NCBI RefSeq assembly: GCF_016433145.1
Contig: NC_058135.1
Span: 69,556,800 to 69,620,799, forward strand
Source of the DNA: Gracilinanus agilis
Taxonomy: Eukaryota
Reading direction: 5' to 3'
Length of the DNA: 64,000 nt
The notes under the pieces are model-generated. The model had not been told where the DNA came from and searched no databases. It saw only the letters and a program-made list of their open reading frames with translations. Of this stretch, positions 37,800 to 49,905 are shown one piece after another. The position numbers and the translations under genes were made by a program. Within the stretch, counting starts at the first letter, position 1. Each line of letters opens with the position of its first letter.

Positions 37800-38050
37800 C
37801 ATACATGTCTATCTAACATGTTTCTAGCTCAAATAAATATATGTATACAATTAGTGTATATTATGTCTATATATTATGTATGAATATATACACATAAAAT
37901 GTATATGTAATATATACATGTGTATAGATTTCTAATATTCATATATACATATAATGTATCATTATATATACTATACATACATATATATGTATATATTTGA
38001 ACTAGACACATAGTAGATTAGATACAGATATAGATTCATCTATGGATAGA
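37800..38050. repeat. (TA)/(CATA)-rich low-complexity tract
   Basis: Direct reading of the sequence. Confidence 0.8.
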
Positions 38051-38336
38051 TCATTTTATTAAATCTGTCAAACACTTGTTAAGAATCTAGTATGTGCAGG
38101 TCATTATGCTAGCTAGTAGTGTCCAGCAATCATGTAGCAGCTAATAATTCAGAATCCATGGGTTGATGACTTTGCATTAGGAAAACAATTTTTTGATTCA
38201 TTGGCCTAGGCAAGGCACAGAGTAAAAGCAAGATATCATTTCTTTTCAGTTCTTGAATTACCATTGTGAAATTATCTATTCCCCATGTTATAGAGCCTCC
38301 CTTTTTAGCTTTTAGTAACTGGCACATCTTCTAGAC

Positions 38337-38509
38337 CAGTGATTCCCAAAGTGGACACCACCGCCCCCCGGTGGGTGCTGCAGCAATCCAGGGAAGCGTT
38401 GATGGCCACAGGTGCATTTAGGGGCAGTGATAGCATGTGACAGGGGGCGCTAAGTAATATTTTTTTTCTGGAAAAGGGACAGTAGGCCAAAAAAGTTTGG
38501 GAACCACTG
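38337..38509 (-). mobile_element. Non-autonomous hAT MITE, same family as 33819-34015, opposite orientation
   Basis: TIRs CAGTGATTCCCAAA / TTTGGGAACCACTG. 8-bp TSD TTCTAGAC/TTCTAGTC fits the hAT NTCTAGAN target preference. Confidence 0.9.
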
Positions 38510-40299
38510 TTCTAGTCTAAAGAAACATTTTCCAGTCCCAACCAGCTAACCAGCTTAACTTAAATTAAACTTAAGTCTAAGGAAATTCAAAAATGCATAT
38601 TGTGTAAAAAAAGTACTATAAACTCTAGTAGTTAAATGTTTCTGAATTGGGCATGAAACTCTTAATTCATTTGTTAAAGAATAGATCATGTGCTATTTGC
38701 CCAGTCTTCATTCAGTTTTCACCTTTTTAATAGTATCTTTAACTTCATAATAGATATTGAACAATAATAAAATATGTTTGCAGACAATATTCACTTGTAA
38801 AAATACATTGTTGAAATGAGGTGGTATGATTAATTGATAGAAAACTATCTTGTAGTTCTCTTTCTAGCTGAAATGCTAATGTCTTCATTACTGATAACAA
38901 TATTAAGTAATTATTTCTATTCATCAAGGTCATGAAGCTTATTCTTTGCTTACTGTCTGTCTAAATCCTCCAGGGAGGTTTGGGGGGTAGCTTGGTTTAC
39001 ATACATGTTTTGGGTATTGGAGAACTAGTCTTAAGGACATTTGGGCTGCCTTGCTTGCATTTGTTTTGAAAACAAACTCTCCCAGACTCCTTTATTTTTA
39101 AAGAATTGCCTAAGCCTTGTCATTTTAGTTAGATGAAATGAGTGTGTATGTGGCAAAGTAGCTGAGAAATACCTAAGAAATAGTACCTGGTTTATGAATG
39201 TAAACTTGTTTCTTGGCCCTTAATCTCCAAACATGCCAATTGTGTTCACAATTCATGCATTGTCCTTCTTCCTGACTGCATTACCAGAACAATTGAATTA
39301 ACCATGCTGTCTGAAAGAAAAATAGAGTATCTCTTTTCTCCAGTGTCTAATTCTCTCAATTTCCCTCCCTTTATCATTTTTTATTTTAGGCACATAACTC
39401 TTTTTGACATTGTAAAATCCATTAGGGAAGCATTTTGCTCTGGAGATGTTGTAGAAAACAAAATTGTATCCTAATTTACAATGTAAATGCACCGTCACAC
39501 TTTTTATTTTTTTTGGTAGAAAGTACAACATATTTTGCTTCTTTCTTTCTAAGTCAGCACATAAAAAATATTTTCCCCCCACCACGAACAGCAGCAAGTA
39601 ATAAAACACAATGGGGTATGGGGATAATACTTTATATCATCTCCTTTGGGAGTCCTGAAAATACCTGGTCTTTGGTCTTGGGCCTCATGAAAAGCTTTAG
39701 AACTGGTGATAGTAGGCTATTTAATGAGGTATGTAGACCCTGTTCATTGGTTAAAATCCTCTCTCTATGAAAAAAGAAAATGGGAACAGATGTCTCTCTA
39801 TGAGAAGGGATTCCTGAGGGAATCAAATCATGGTTGGAGAGAAGGGAAGGGGGAGCTGGGGAGAAAAACACACAGCTGTGCTAATGGGTTTCATAAAGCA
39901 AATAGTCCCTTTAAAGGAGAGAAAAGAGGTCTATGTATGAGGGAGCTACAGAGAGCCCTGTTGATTCTGACCCAGGAACTAAACAAGTTTTGTTTCTTTG
40001 TTTGTTTTTATTTTTTCCTGAAAGGAATGATCTCTGTAAATTTGACTTGCAAAGCACCTCTTCCAAATGTGCTTTTGCACATTTAGTTACTGTGAGATAG
40101 GTGATTCCAGATAAGGGAGGAAGGACTGATAATTATTTGAGGGCAAAGGCATAATCTTCCTTTGCCTTCTTGAAATCTGCATATAGCAGAGTCTATGTTT
40201 TGCCTCTAATTTTTCCTGTTTTTTTAATTATAGTTATTTATATTTACAAATGTATATTGTAGTTATATTTTATAGTTATGTTAATAACTATAAATTATA

Positions 40300-40550
40300 G
40301 TTATATATATTATAATAATATTAACCTTTATATAGCTCTTACTGTTTTAAGTACTTTTCAATTCTCAAAACAGCCCTCAGAGGTAGGTGTTATTATTACC
40401 CTCATTTTAAAGTTGAAGAAAAGGAAGCAAGGGGAGGTTAAGTGATTTGCCCAGGGTCACAGAAAACTACTATCTGTTGGAGGCAACATTTGAACTGAGA
40501 TCCTACTGATCCCAGGTCCTGTGTGCTTTCTATTGTCCACCTCATTGTCC
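40300..40550 (-). mobile_element. MIR/MAR-type SINE
   Basis: CTCAAAACAGCCCTCAGAGGTAGGTG...GGTTAAGTGATTTGCCCAGGGTCACA. Confidence 0.75.
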
Positions 40551-41963
40551 AATAAAATATTTGGGACATTTAAAGTGTGTGAGCATCTGAAGGATAAAAC
40601 TAAGCTGAAATAATAAACTCAACTCTTCTACATTATAAATTGATTGGGAAGAGATGGTGGTTCTTCTTCATACTTTGTCTATACTTTCTCTCTCCTTTAT
40701 CATTGATTTCATTAAACCAGCATGAATTATACAGATGCCTCATACTCTACAGTGTGATAGGCAGAGATACAATATTTAGACAAGACTAAGTTCTATTTTT
40801 AACCAGTTAAAAACTTAGCAGGGATGATAACATTCAAGAGTAGACTTAGCAATGATGAAAACACTTCATTAAAAAAGATACAAAATAATGTTTTATAAGA
40901 AATATAATGGGAAAGTTTGGGTGAACTTTTGTTTGGTTGAGTGTTTTATTTTTTGCAATTATTATTTGTTTGGGTTTTGGCATATAGTTTGGGAAATTAG
41001 AGGGATCATGTATTTGGGATGTCTGAGCTGAAGAGAAGAGGGAATTACTATCTGAAAAATAGAATTGCAAAGAGCTAGCTTGAATCAGTTCAATTCTATT
41101 TTTCCCATCTAATTTAATCTGATTCAAGTAATATTTCCTAGGGTATCCTGGGAATAGAACTGGAAGAGACAAAACAGGAAATTCATTTCTCACAGTGCTT
41201 TGGAAGAGGAGAACATTGATTAAAAATGTGAATTATCTGTGGACTATATTTCCCAAAAGGCCATTGATGAACTTTCATTGTGGCAATTGTCACCTAACTC
41301 TCATTCTACCTTGATAATTACAATTCTAAAAATAGACCAGGTTTTTGATTTGTTTTATTTTTTGTTTTTATTTTATTTAAGTATTTAATTTCTTTTTAAA
41401 GGATAGATATCCCACTTTGGGAAGGTTAGAGAAAGACAGAAGATTCCAATAGGTAGCAAACTCAGAGAGATACAGAGAGGGATCCAGGGGATGGAGAAAG
41501 AGATGAGGGAGGAAAACATAGCAATATTTAGGTTGTGCTGAGGTTATGTATATAACTATATAACTATATGTAACTAATTTCTATCAATTAATCATACCAC
41601 CTCATATATAAGAAGAAGGCAGGAAAACATGGTAAGTTGAAAAAAATGAATGAAATTAAAGAAAATGAAGAAAATGTGGAGTTAGGTAAGAAATCCTAAG
41701 GCTCTGATTCCCCAGAAGAATAAACTCACTAGTTGCTGTACTGAAAGTAAATGACTAAGTTGAGACTGATTGCAGATATGTTGTTCTATCTTTAATTAAA
41801 ATGGTTTGCTAGTTGGGGTGCTAGAAAGTGGAACTGGAATTTGACTCAATCTCCTGTAGAATCACAGAAAAAAATGGTCTTCTGGATATGAGTACTGAGA
41901 ATGCTCTTTATCTAGTTCACTTCCATGTCTTTTCTTGGCTATTCTGTTTAATTATCAACTTAC

Positions 41964-42023
41964 TTTCAATTAATATAGATTTTGTCTTGCTGCTGCAGAA
42001 ATTTGTTAAATCGGATCTGGGAG
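41964..42023 (-). other. Candidate exon (60 nt, phase 1/1, single open frame)
   Basis: Acceptor CTTATCTATTTCTATCCCCAG and donor AAA|GTAAGT. Peptide PRSDLTNFCSSKTKSILIE. Confidence 0.3.
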
Positions 42024-42714
42024 CTGGGGATAGAAATAGATAAGGGATTTGAATGGATACTAGGAAAATAGGTAGAGCTAGGGACAAAGAAACAAAACAA
42101 GACAAGTTTGGTTCTTTTCCTTAAAGACTTTAAATGCATTGGGAAAAGAGTGGTATTAGGATAATGATAAATATAATTACATATAAAGAAAAGAGAATAC
42201 TAAGGAGAGGATCAAAGTGTTTTGAGGAACTACATGAAAAGGTCATTTTACTGAGGGAGGGAGAGGAAACAGATTCTAGAAAAGCTTTCTAGTGAAGATG
42301 GTATCTGAATTGGGCTTTGTAGGAAGGGATCAATTTCAACAAGTGTTTTAGTGCCAAAAAATGGAGGTTCTTTAATAACAGTGTCAGGGTTCTTACATTA
42401 TCCAATCAATCCAGAGCTACTAAAGTTGAGTAAAAAAGTATTATGCCATAATGATACTTGTACAGTGGAATAAAGTAAGGGGGAAAGAGAATATATTGAA
42501 AGACCAGAAAGAATGCTGTTACAGTAAGTTAGGTAGAAGTGATAGCTGATATGTGCATTGTGATTTAAGGTATTTAAATATTTTAGATACATTAGCTTAT
42601 TTGATTCTCATAACAACCCCTTGAAGTAGGTAGTATAAATATTGTGTCTTTTACAGGTAAGGAAAGTGAGGTTCACAGCCCTTAAATGACCCGACCTGTC
42701 AATGATCTTAAGAG

Positions 42715-43197
42715 TAGCAGTATTTGGAATGACCTCCAGGAATTGATGCAGGGTGAAAGGAGCAGATCCAGGAGAACATTGTACACAGAGGCTGATACAC
42801 TGTGGTACAATCGAACATAAGGGACTTCTCTACTAGCAGCAATGCAAGAATCCAGAGCAAGGCTGAGGGACTTATGAGAAAGAAAACTAGCCACATTCAG
42901 AGGAAGAACTGTGGGAGGAGAAACACAGAAGAAAAACAACTGCTTGAACACATGGGCTGATGGGAATATTATTGGGAATGTAGACACTAAACAATAACTC
43001 TAGTCCAACTATCAATAATATGGAATTAGGTCTTGATCAATGATACATGTAAAATCCAGTGGAATTGTGTATCAGCTAAGAGGGGTTAGGGGGGTTTGGA
43101 GGAGAGGGAAAGAACATGAAACATTAACTATGGGAAAATATTCAAAATAAAAATACAATGAAAACAGAAAAATACAAACCAAAAAAAAAAAAAAAGA
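42715..43197 (+). mobile_element. 5'-truncated opossum-type L1 3' end with A-tail
   Basis: GAATGACCTCCAGGAATTGATGCAG...CACATTCAGAGGAAGAACTGTGG... and a poly-A run at about 43181-43195. Confidence 0.93.
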
Positions 43198-43199
43198 AT

Positions 43200-43715
43200 A
43201 GTATTTCCTCAGGCCACTGACCAGATTTCTCCTTCTTCTCTCACCCCTCAATGATGCCCCCCTAGGCATCAGTGATAGAATAAATCATCTGAGCAAAGGG
43301 ATCCACATTCCTCATCACTACCATCAAACAACTTCTGATCATCACCAAAAAGCACATAAGCATAAAAATCCTGGAAGTGGCAGCATCCCCCCAGGACTAC
43401 TTGCCCAACTCAGCCTTCACAGCCATCATGCAAGGGGTCAGCTTCTGTGGAGAAGACATCACTCATCTTCACCAACTGCCATTCACAAAGCAGACAAACC
43501 AGCCTGACTAAAGCATGCTTCCCTTGAAGAGAAAAAGAGGAGGCAGCATTCACTGAGCAAGTCAAACCACCATTATTCTGATGGAGGTATCCCAGGATCC
43601 TGAATCCAAGATATCTGTAGCCATCATCCTGGGAAGCAGCCCCTGAATATGCAAAAGGGCAACCACTCATGTGAGTGCTAAGAATACATCTATTAAAGAC
43701 TCAGAAAAGAAAGTT
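43200..43715 (+). pseudogene. Possible decayed retrocopy of an unidentified transcript
   Basis: GC-richer island. One frame reads about 150 codons with only two internal TGA stops. ATTAAA near 43692 followed by an AGAAAAGAAA remnant. Parent not recognised. Confidence 0.2.
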
Positions 43716-44904
43716 CTAATCGCCAAAATCCTTGGCATTATCAAATGGTTTAATACCATTGCCTGACAGCCAAGTGTGTTACATTTCACCTCTTCCTCAG
43801 TGTTCTACGACCCTTAAGGGACTTCAGGGCTGTGTTTTCAGGCTCTGCCATTGGCTCTAAACTCTCTAAATATCGTTGCTTAGAGAAGGGGATGTGTGAA
43901 TTTAATATAAATTATTATATTTTCCTGTTTGAAAACCCATTTTTGCCAGTATCAGCACCATCCTTTGACTGGACCCTCGTCCCTCCTGACTCCTGGAGTC
44001 CAGAAGACTGGGCTCTGACCCAGACTGAAGGGACAACGTCAATGGCTGTAGAGGAGTATTTGCTCTCTCTTGGGTTGGAGTCTCTTCCTGGATGGCTGCT
44101 TTTGGCTAGTGAAGGGAGACAAGCAGGGCAAAACTCAGATTAGTTAGGGAAGGCCAAGTGATAGTGTGGTTTTCTCTCTGTGTCCAAATTTGACTAATAC
44201 AAATGATAAATTAATCTACATTCTCCAGAAAAATTTAATTGTCACAGGAATGGGCACCCTCTACCCCAGGTTCATTAACACCCCTACTCAGAGCAATTTT
44301 ATAGAGATATAAATACTTCAAAAGTAGAAGACCTTTCAATCTGTCTTGCAACTGAAACCTTTCATAAATGTTTTCTTCACCAATAGAATATGAACTCCTC
44401 AAGAGCAGGGACTATTTTTTTTTCCTTTTCATTTGTATACCAGTTACTTAGCATAGGCTTTGAATATAGTAAATACAATAAATGATTCATTCAAAACCAG
44501 CCAAATACAGAATCTCACAATATTTGCAAAGTTCCACCACAAAGCCCTACACCATCTTACGGAAAAAAAAGGTAGAATTACTCATGGTAAAGTCATGTTT
44601 GATCATTGTAATTACAATATTCCATTTCACTTTATCATTATTTTCAATGATACTTATATAATCATCAGATATCTTGTTTTTCAACTTAATCCCTTCTTTT
44701 GAAGCACTACAAACTATTTTGTTTTACAAAAACACACACACAATAAAAAACTCACTTATTTCTTTCAGATAAAGTCACTTTTTCTCTCTGATGTTGGATT
44801 TCTTCATGTATGAAATGAATGGGTTGGATTAGATCAAATGTCCCTTCCAGCTTTAAAATTCAATGATTCCATGGCTGTAAAATAAATGAAAGAATCTAAG
44901 GAAG

Positions 44905-45101
44905 TTTTCTTTTTTCTTTCTTTTTTTTTAACCCTTACCTTCTGCCTGTATTGGTTCTAAGGTAGAAAAGTAGTAAGGGCTAGGCAATGGGGGTTACTTG
45001 CCCAGGGTCACACAGTTAGGAAGCATCTGAGGTCACATTTGAACCTAGGACTTCCCATCTCCAGGCTTGGCTCTCAATCTACTGAGCTACCCAGTAGCTC
45101 C
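44905..45101 (-). mobile_element. SINE1_Mdo-type SINE
   Basis: TTTTAACCCTTACCTTCTG...GGCTAGGCAATGGGG...CTGAGCTACCCAG. Confidence 0.9.
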
Positions 45102-45689
45102 TCAGAAAGTTTTTAAAAGAAAATATTTAATGTTCTACGAGCTCCAGACTTCTATATAGACTTTTGCATAATTAGTAAAAGACTGTTTCCTGAACTACTG
45201 TGTCCTCTACATATTCATACATGGGGTCCTAATACCTCTAGAATCTTCCTCAATCCATTTTTAAGCTAATATTATTATTTGAGCTACAAGCATCTGCAAA
45301 ACTTGATTCAGTAGTGTTTTAAAACAGCATGTACTTTATACTTATGCTAATTTTGAACCAACTGCCTGAAGCCAAACATAAAACTGGCAACAACATTATA
45401 AAGTAGAAGGTGCTGGGGATTAGTAGAAGCATTAATATATTATAGCTGTCTGTTCCAGATTCATTTGACATAACTGGAAAAAAAAAGATCTTCTTAAAAG
45501 TAAGGCAATATGGATAAATTGCTTCAATTTAATTCAAGAAGCATTTAATTAAGTAGTATTTGAATTTAAGGAACTGTATTTAACTAGAGCAGACAGTGAA
45601 ATTTAAAAAAATTAAATTAAATTAAATATACCTGCCCTCAAGAAGTTTACATTCCAAAATAAAAGCTAGAATTTGAATGTTAATATTTT

Positions 45690-45925
45690 TATCTTGGTAT
45701 GTATACAAAGTGATTTACAAATACTATCTCATATGAACTTCACAACAACCTTAGAAGGTAGATGCTGTTATTATCTCCAGTTTACAAATAAGGAAACTGA
45801 GGCTCAGAGACAATAAGTGACTTGCCCAGGATCATTCAGCTAGTTAATTGTTTAAGTTCCAGATTTAAACATAGATTTTCCTGAAATCAGGACCTGCACC
45901 ATATCCATTGTGACATCCAGCTGCT
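45690..45925 (-). mobile_element. MIR/MAR-type SINE
   Basis: TTACAAATAAGGAAACTGAGGCTCAGAG...AAGTGACTTGCCCAGG. Confidence 0.8.
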
Positions 45926-46269
45926 ACATTGAAGGGATGCGGGTAAAATATAACATAAACCAAAAAAAAAAAAAAATTGAGAGGAAATTTGATGTCCTAT
46001 ATTAAAAAGTTGAGTTTGGAGTCAACAGACTGAGGTTTGCATCCCAAATATGCTACTTTAGTACTTGGGAGACTTTGGGCAAATTGTTTTTCTCAGGATC
46101 ATAGTGTCTTTATCTGTAAAATGAAAGTATTTGATTAAGTGACCTCTGAGATCATACCAGAGACCAGGTCTGAAACTATGTGCATTGATTGGGGTCCTCT
46201 TCTCAAGACTATTTCCAAAAACTATGCTTATGATTTATTTCATTTCTCCTCTCTCTTTAAAATAATAAT

Positions 46270-48300
46270 CATATATATTTAAGTTTTATTGTTGGGTTTT
46301 GTTTCTATGTTAATTTATATATTACTCTCATAACATGAGATGTGTCTTATAACAAAATAAAATACTTAAACAAAGTAAACAATATGGCTTCATGAAAAAC
46401 GCATGGACTAATCCATTACTATAGCACCCCACCTATTTATTTAAAAAAAGAATTAACTGGATTCTATCTCACTTCTCCCTAACCCCTACCTCACTAAAAG
46501 AAAAAAAAAAGAGAGAAAAGAAAAAAATAAATTTCTTGTAAAAAATATGCAGTCAAGAAAAGCTAAATCCCTTCATTATCTGTGTATCCCTATATCTGTT
46601 TCCCTTTGTCTTTGACTTTGTTTCTCTCTTCCCCTGACTTTGCCTCTCTTGATATGTATGTTTTTATGTATACATATATATAGTTATTAGTCATTATTTT
46701 GATTATATGAAATTAAAGTTTTTCTCTATGTAAATCTAATAAAACTATTATTAAAAGGGAAAAATAGGAAAAATCTTTGTAGTAATTTTCTCTGAACAAA
46801 TCCTCATTATTAATTCATATGGAATGAATTAAACTAAATGCATTAGAATAATTATTAAGTTATTTACATATGTATATGATAGCTCATCCTGCACCCTGAA
46901 TCAATCAATCACCTCTCTGTCAGGAGGTGAATAATATGTTTCATCATCTGGAATTATAGATCATCATTTAGTCCTTGTATTGATCAATGTTCTTACAGCT
47001 TTCAAAGTTGCCTCCACAGTGTTGTTATTATATAAATTATTCTGGTTCTGCTAGTTTCATTATCAGTTTATAAAACTTCAAAATTGTTCATTTTTACAAC
47101 ATTAAAGTTATGTCATAAATTATTCATCTGGTTTACTTACATATCTCTGCATCAGATAACATATCTTTCCATGTGTCTGACATAAACTATTCATCTTAGA
47201 GCATAATAGAATTCTGCTACATTAATTTTACCAAAATATATGTGGTCATTCTCATTTCATGGGCATCCCTTTTGTTCGCCATTTATTTTTTTGGTCACCA
47301 AATATATATATATATATATGTATAAATATGTATATTTATACATATATATATATTTTTGCATATAAGATTTTTCCTATTTCTCTGACCTCTTTGGGTTTAG
47401 GTTAAAATGATTGTATGTTTTCATCAGAGAGCAAGAATTATTTAGTAACTTTCAGTGTATTAATTTTCAGTTGCCATCCAGAATGGTTGTACTCATTCAC
47501 AGGTAAACCAACTATGCAGCAGTGTGCTTGTTTTCCTTGTACCTCCAACATTTATTATTTTCCTTTTTTGCCATTGTGCTTTTTGGTAGATCTGTTGGTA
47601 GAATCTGATCTATTTATATCTTTAGGCCATGTACTATCTAAAGGGGAATGGCTCTTATTTTTATACATTTGAATAAATTCTTTATACATCTTAAAAATGA
47701 GAACTTGATCAGAGAAATTTGCCACACAATTTTGCTCATAGTTAACTTTTCTCCTTTTAATCTTAGCTTTATTGTATTGTATTGTATAGAAAAGATTAAT
47801 TTAATATAATTAAAATTATATATTTTGTCTTCTATGATCCTCTCTAACCCTTATTTGGTAATGAAATTGTCTTCTATATGTATATCTGTGAATTGTTCTT
47901 TTTTTTCTTTTTTTCATGCTTGTTTATGATATGATTTTTAAATCATGATCATGTATCTATTTCACATTTATCTTGGTATGAGACTTAAAGTGTAGGTCTA
48001 AATCAGTTCAATATTCCCAACAGTTTTTTTATTCAAATAATAAATATCTGAGATGTTTATGTTGATCCGTAACAAATATTAGAGTACTCAATACATTTAT
48101 CACTGTATATCATATATACTCATCCACTCGTAAAGCTCTCTCTATTTTCTTTTAAATCAGTATCAATTTTTCTTGAGAATTGCTGCTTTGTAGTACTCTT
48201 GAAAATGTGGCACTGCTAAGCCCTCTTTGTTCCCACTTCTCTTCATTATTTCCCTTGAGACTGGTGACTTTTTTTTAACCTCCAAATGAATTTTGTTTTT
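46270..48300 (-). mobile_element. Cluster of old antisense L1 fragments (3' UTR and ORF2 end)
   Basis: TCAATGTTCTTACAGCTTTCAAAGTTG...GTGTTGTTATTATATAAATT and TTCCTATTTCTCTGACCTCTTTGGG...TTGTACCTCCAACA antisense L1 motifs. Confidence 0.75.
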
Positions 48301-48437
48301 ACATTCCCTTATCTCCTGAGATCTCCACAACCTCTTCTCAAAAGCCCCTTCCTTCAGGTCTGAACCATGAAGTATGAACCATGATCAAATCTGCTTTGCC
48401 ACATTTGTGAAACTCTTTGGACTAAACTGGCACTCTT

Positions 48438-48625
48438 TTTTTTTAATTACCCCTTACCTTCTATCTTAGATTGACTCCAAGGCAGAAGAGTGGTAAGGGT
48501 AGGCAATGGAGTCAAGTGACTTGCCCAGGGTCACACAGCTGGGAAGTGTCTGAGGTCAGATTTGAACCTAGGACCTCCTGTCTCTAGGCCTGGTTCTCAA
48601 TTCACTGAGCTACCCTGCTGCCCCA
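48438..48625 (-). mobile_element. SINE1_Mdo-type SINE
   Basis: TSD TAAACTGG(C/T)ACTCTT at 48423-48437 and 48626-48640. Confidence 0.95.
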
Positions 48626-49905
48626 TAAACTGGTACTCTTTAGCTTCTATTTCCTTATATACTCTATTTCACCATTAAATTGTAAGCTCATTGAGGACTG
48701 GCCTTTCCTTTTTGTTTGTAACCCCAGCACATAGTAAGCACTTAATAAATGCATTTTTAATCATTCATATATCATGATTTATTTAGATTTCCCCCAGTGA
48801 TGGACAACTCATTTTCACCTGACTGCTTGCTAAGTACTGACCTTTGCCTACATTTAGGTAATTAATTTTCCATAAACTCATAGATTCCTGAATGGAAGGG
48901 AAACAGACTTATGAATTCCTTAACTGAGGAAATTCCTTTTTACTAATGCAGATGAGTTCTTTTTCTACAGCCTATCTGTTCAAAGGGTCACCTAAGAATC
49001 CAGAAAGTAAGTGACTTACAAGGGTCCCATAACTGATGAACAGACTTGAACTCAGTTTCTTCTGACTTCGTAAAGGATAAAGTTTCATGGCTAGAAATAT
49101 ATAGTTCTGACTGATTCATCAGCTTCTCTGATCCGGATCTCATAAGCTTTCCTTGTGCTGCCTATGGAAATTTTGTTACTTTAAGAAGAAAGATCAAGAA
49201 GAATGAAACCAAATAAAAAAAATCTCCTTATTTTTTAAACTCTTACAGTGAACTGATTTAGTTGGGACTTTTGTATAGCCCAAGGCTATAAGAGAATTGA
49301 GGGAGAAGAGTGAATTTGCTGTACATTTTAATTGTTCTTCTGCCAACCACAGCGTGAACAGGAACTATAAAAATTTATCAGCTGCTAAGTTTGCCTCTCT
49401 TGCACTGAAGTGGAAACCCAGCTTCACAAGGCATTGTATTCTCTGGTTTCAGAAAGCCAAGAAAAAGCTTCTCAAACACTTTGCATATGAATTCTGAGCT
49501 GGCAGAGCTTGGGAGTCCCTTTTCACTACCTCCCCAGCTTGCCAAAATCTGGCCTCCAGTGGATTCTCTATAGAAAGAGCGTAGGCTATGATCGCATGTA
49601 ACATCTCTCCCTGAGACAGGATCCAACCAAATCCATAGGGTGTCCAAGGCAATTAGAGTGGCCCTTAAGAGGAACTGAGTGAGTTACATACATGTCCAAA
49701 ATTTTAGTAATACTGAGGGGATTAATTATGATATGGTTGCCTTGTGTTGTTTATCCAGTTACAGTAATAAATGTTCACAGATCCATCCAAAGTGGTGGGC
49801 TAGTTTGCCAGGGTTAGGGAAATGTTCAGTGAGTTTGAACGTAGCAAAACAAACTGAGCCTCAGAGCGATTGAAAACATGTTTTCTTCAGGCTATACTAT
49901 AATCC

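Noticed and set aside
33819-38509. Composite transposon formed by the two hAT MITEs
   Set aside because: Each element has its own distinct TSD and both outer ends are the same end type, so they are independent insertions.
41170-41210. CACAGTG heptamers (here and near 2762, 47015 and 59760) as V(D)J recombination signals
   Set aside because: I saw no ACAAAAACC-like nonamer at 12 or 23 bp spacing and no V, D or J coding segments.
43410-43670. ORF starting MSGCPF, like the TDO2 N-terminus; downstream VLFGDDQKL looks like an RT or helicase motif
   Set aside because: Similarity is limited to a few residues and the surrounding sequence matches neither family.
43197-43715. L1 3' transduction of the downstream unique sequence
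   Set aside because: No clear second poly(A) tail and no TSD enclosing both the L1 and the downstream segment.
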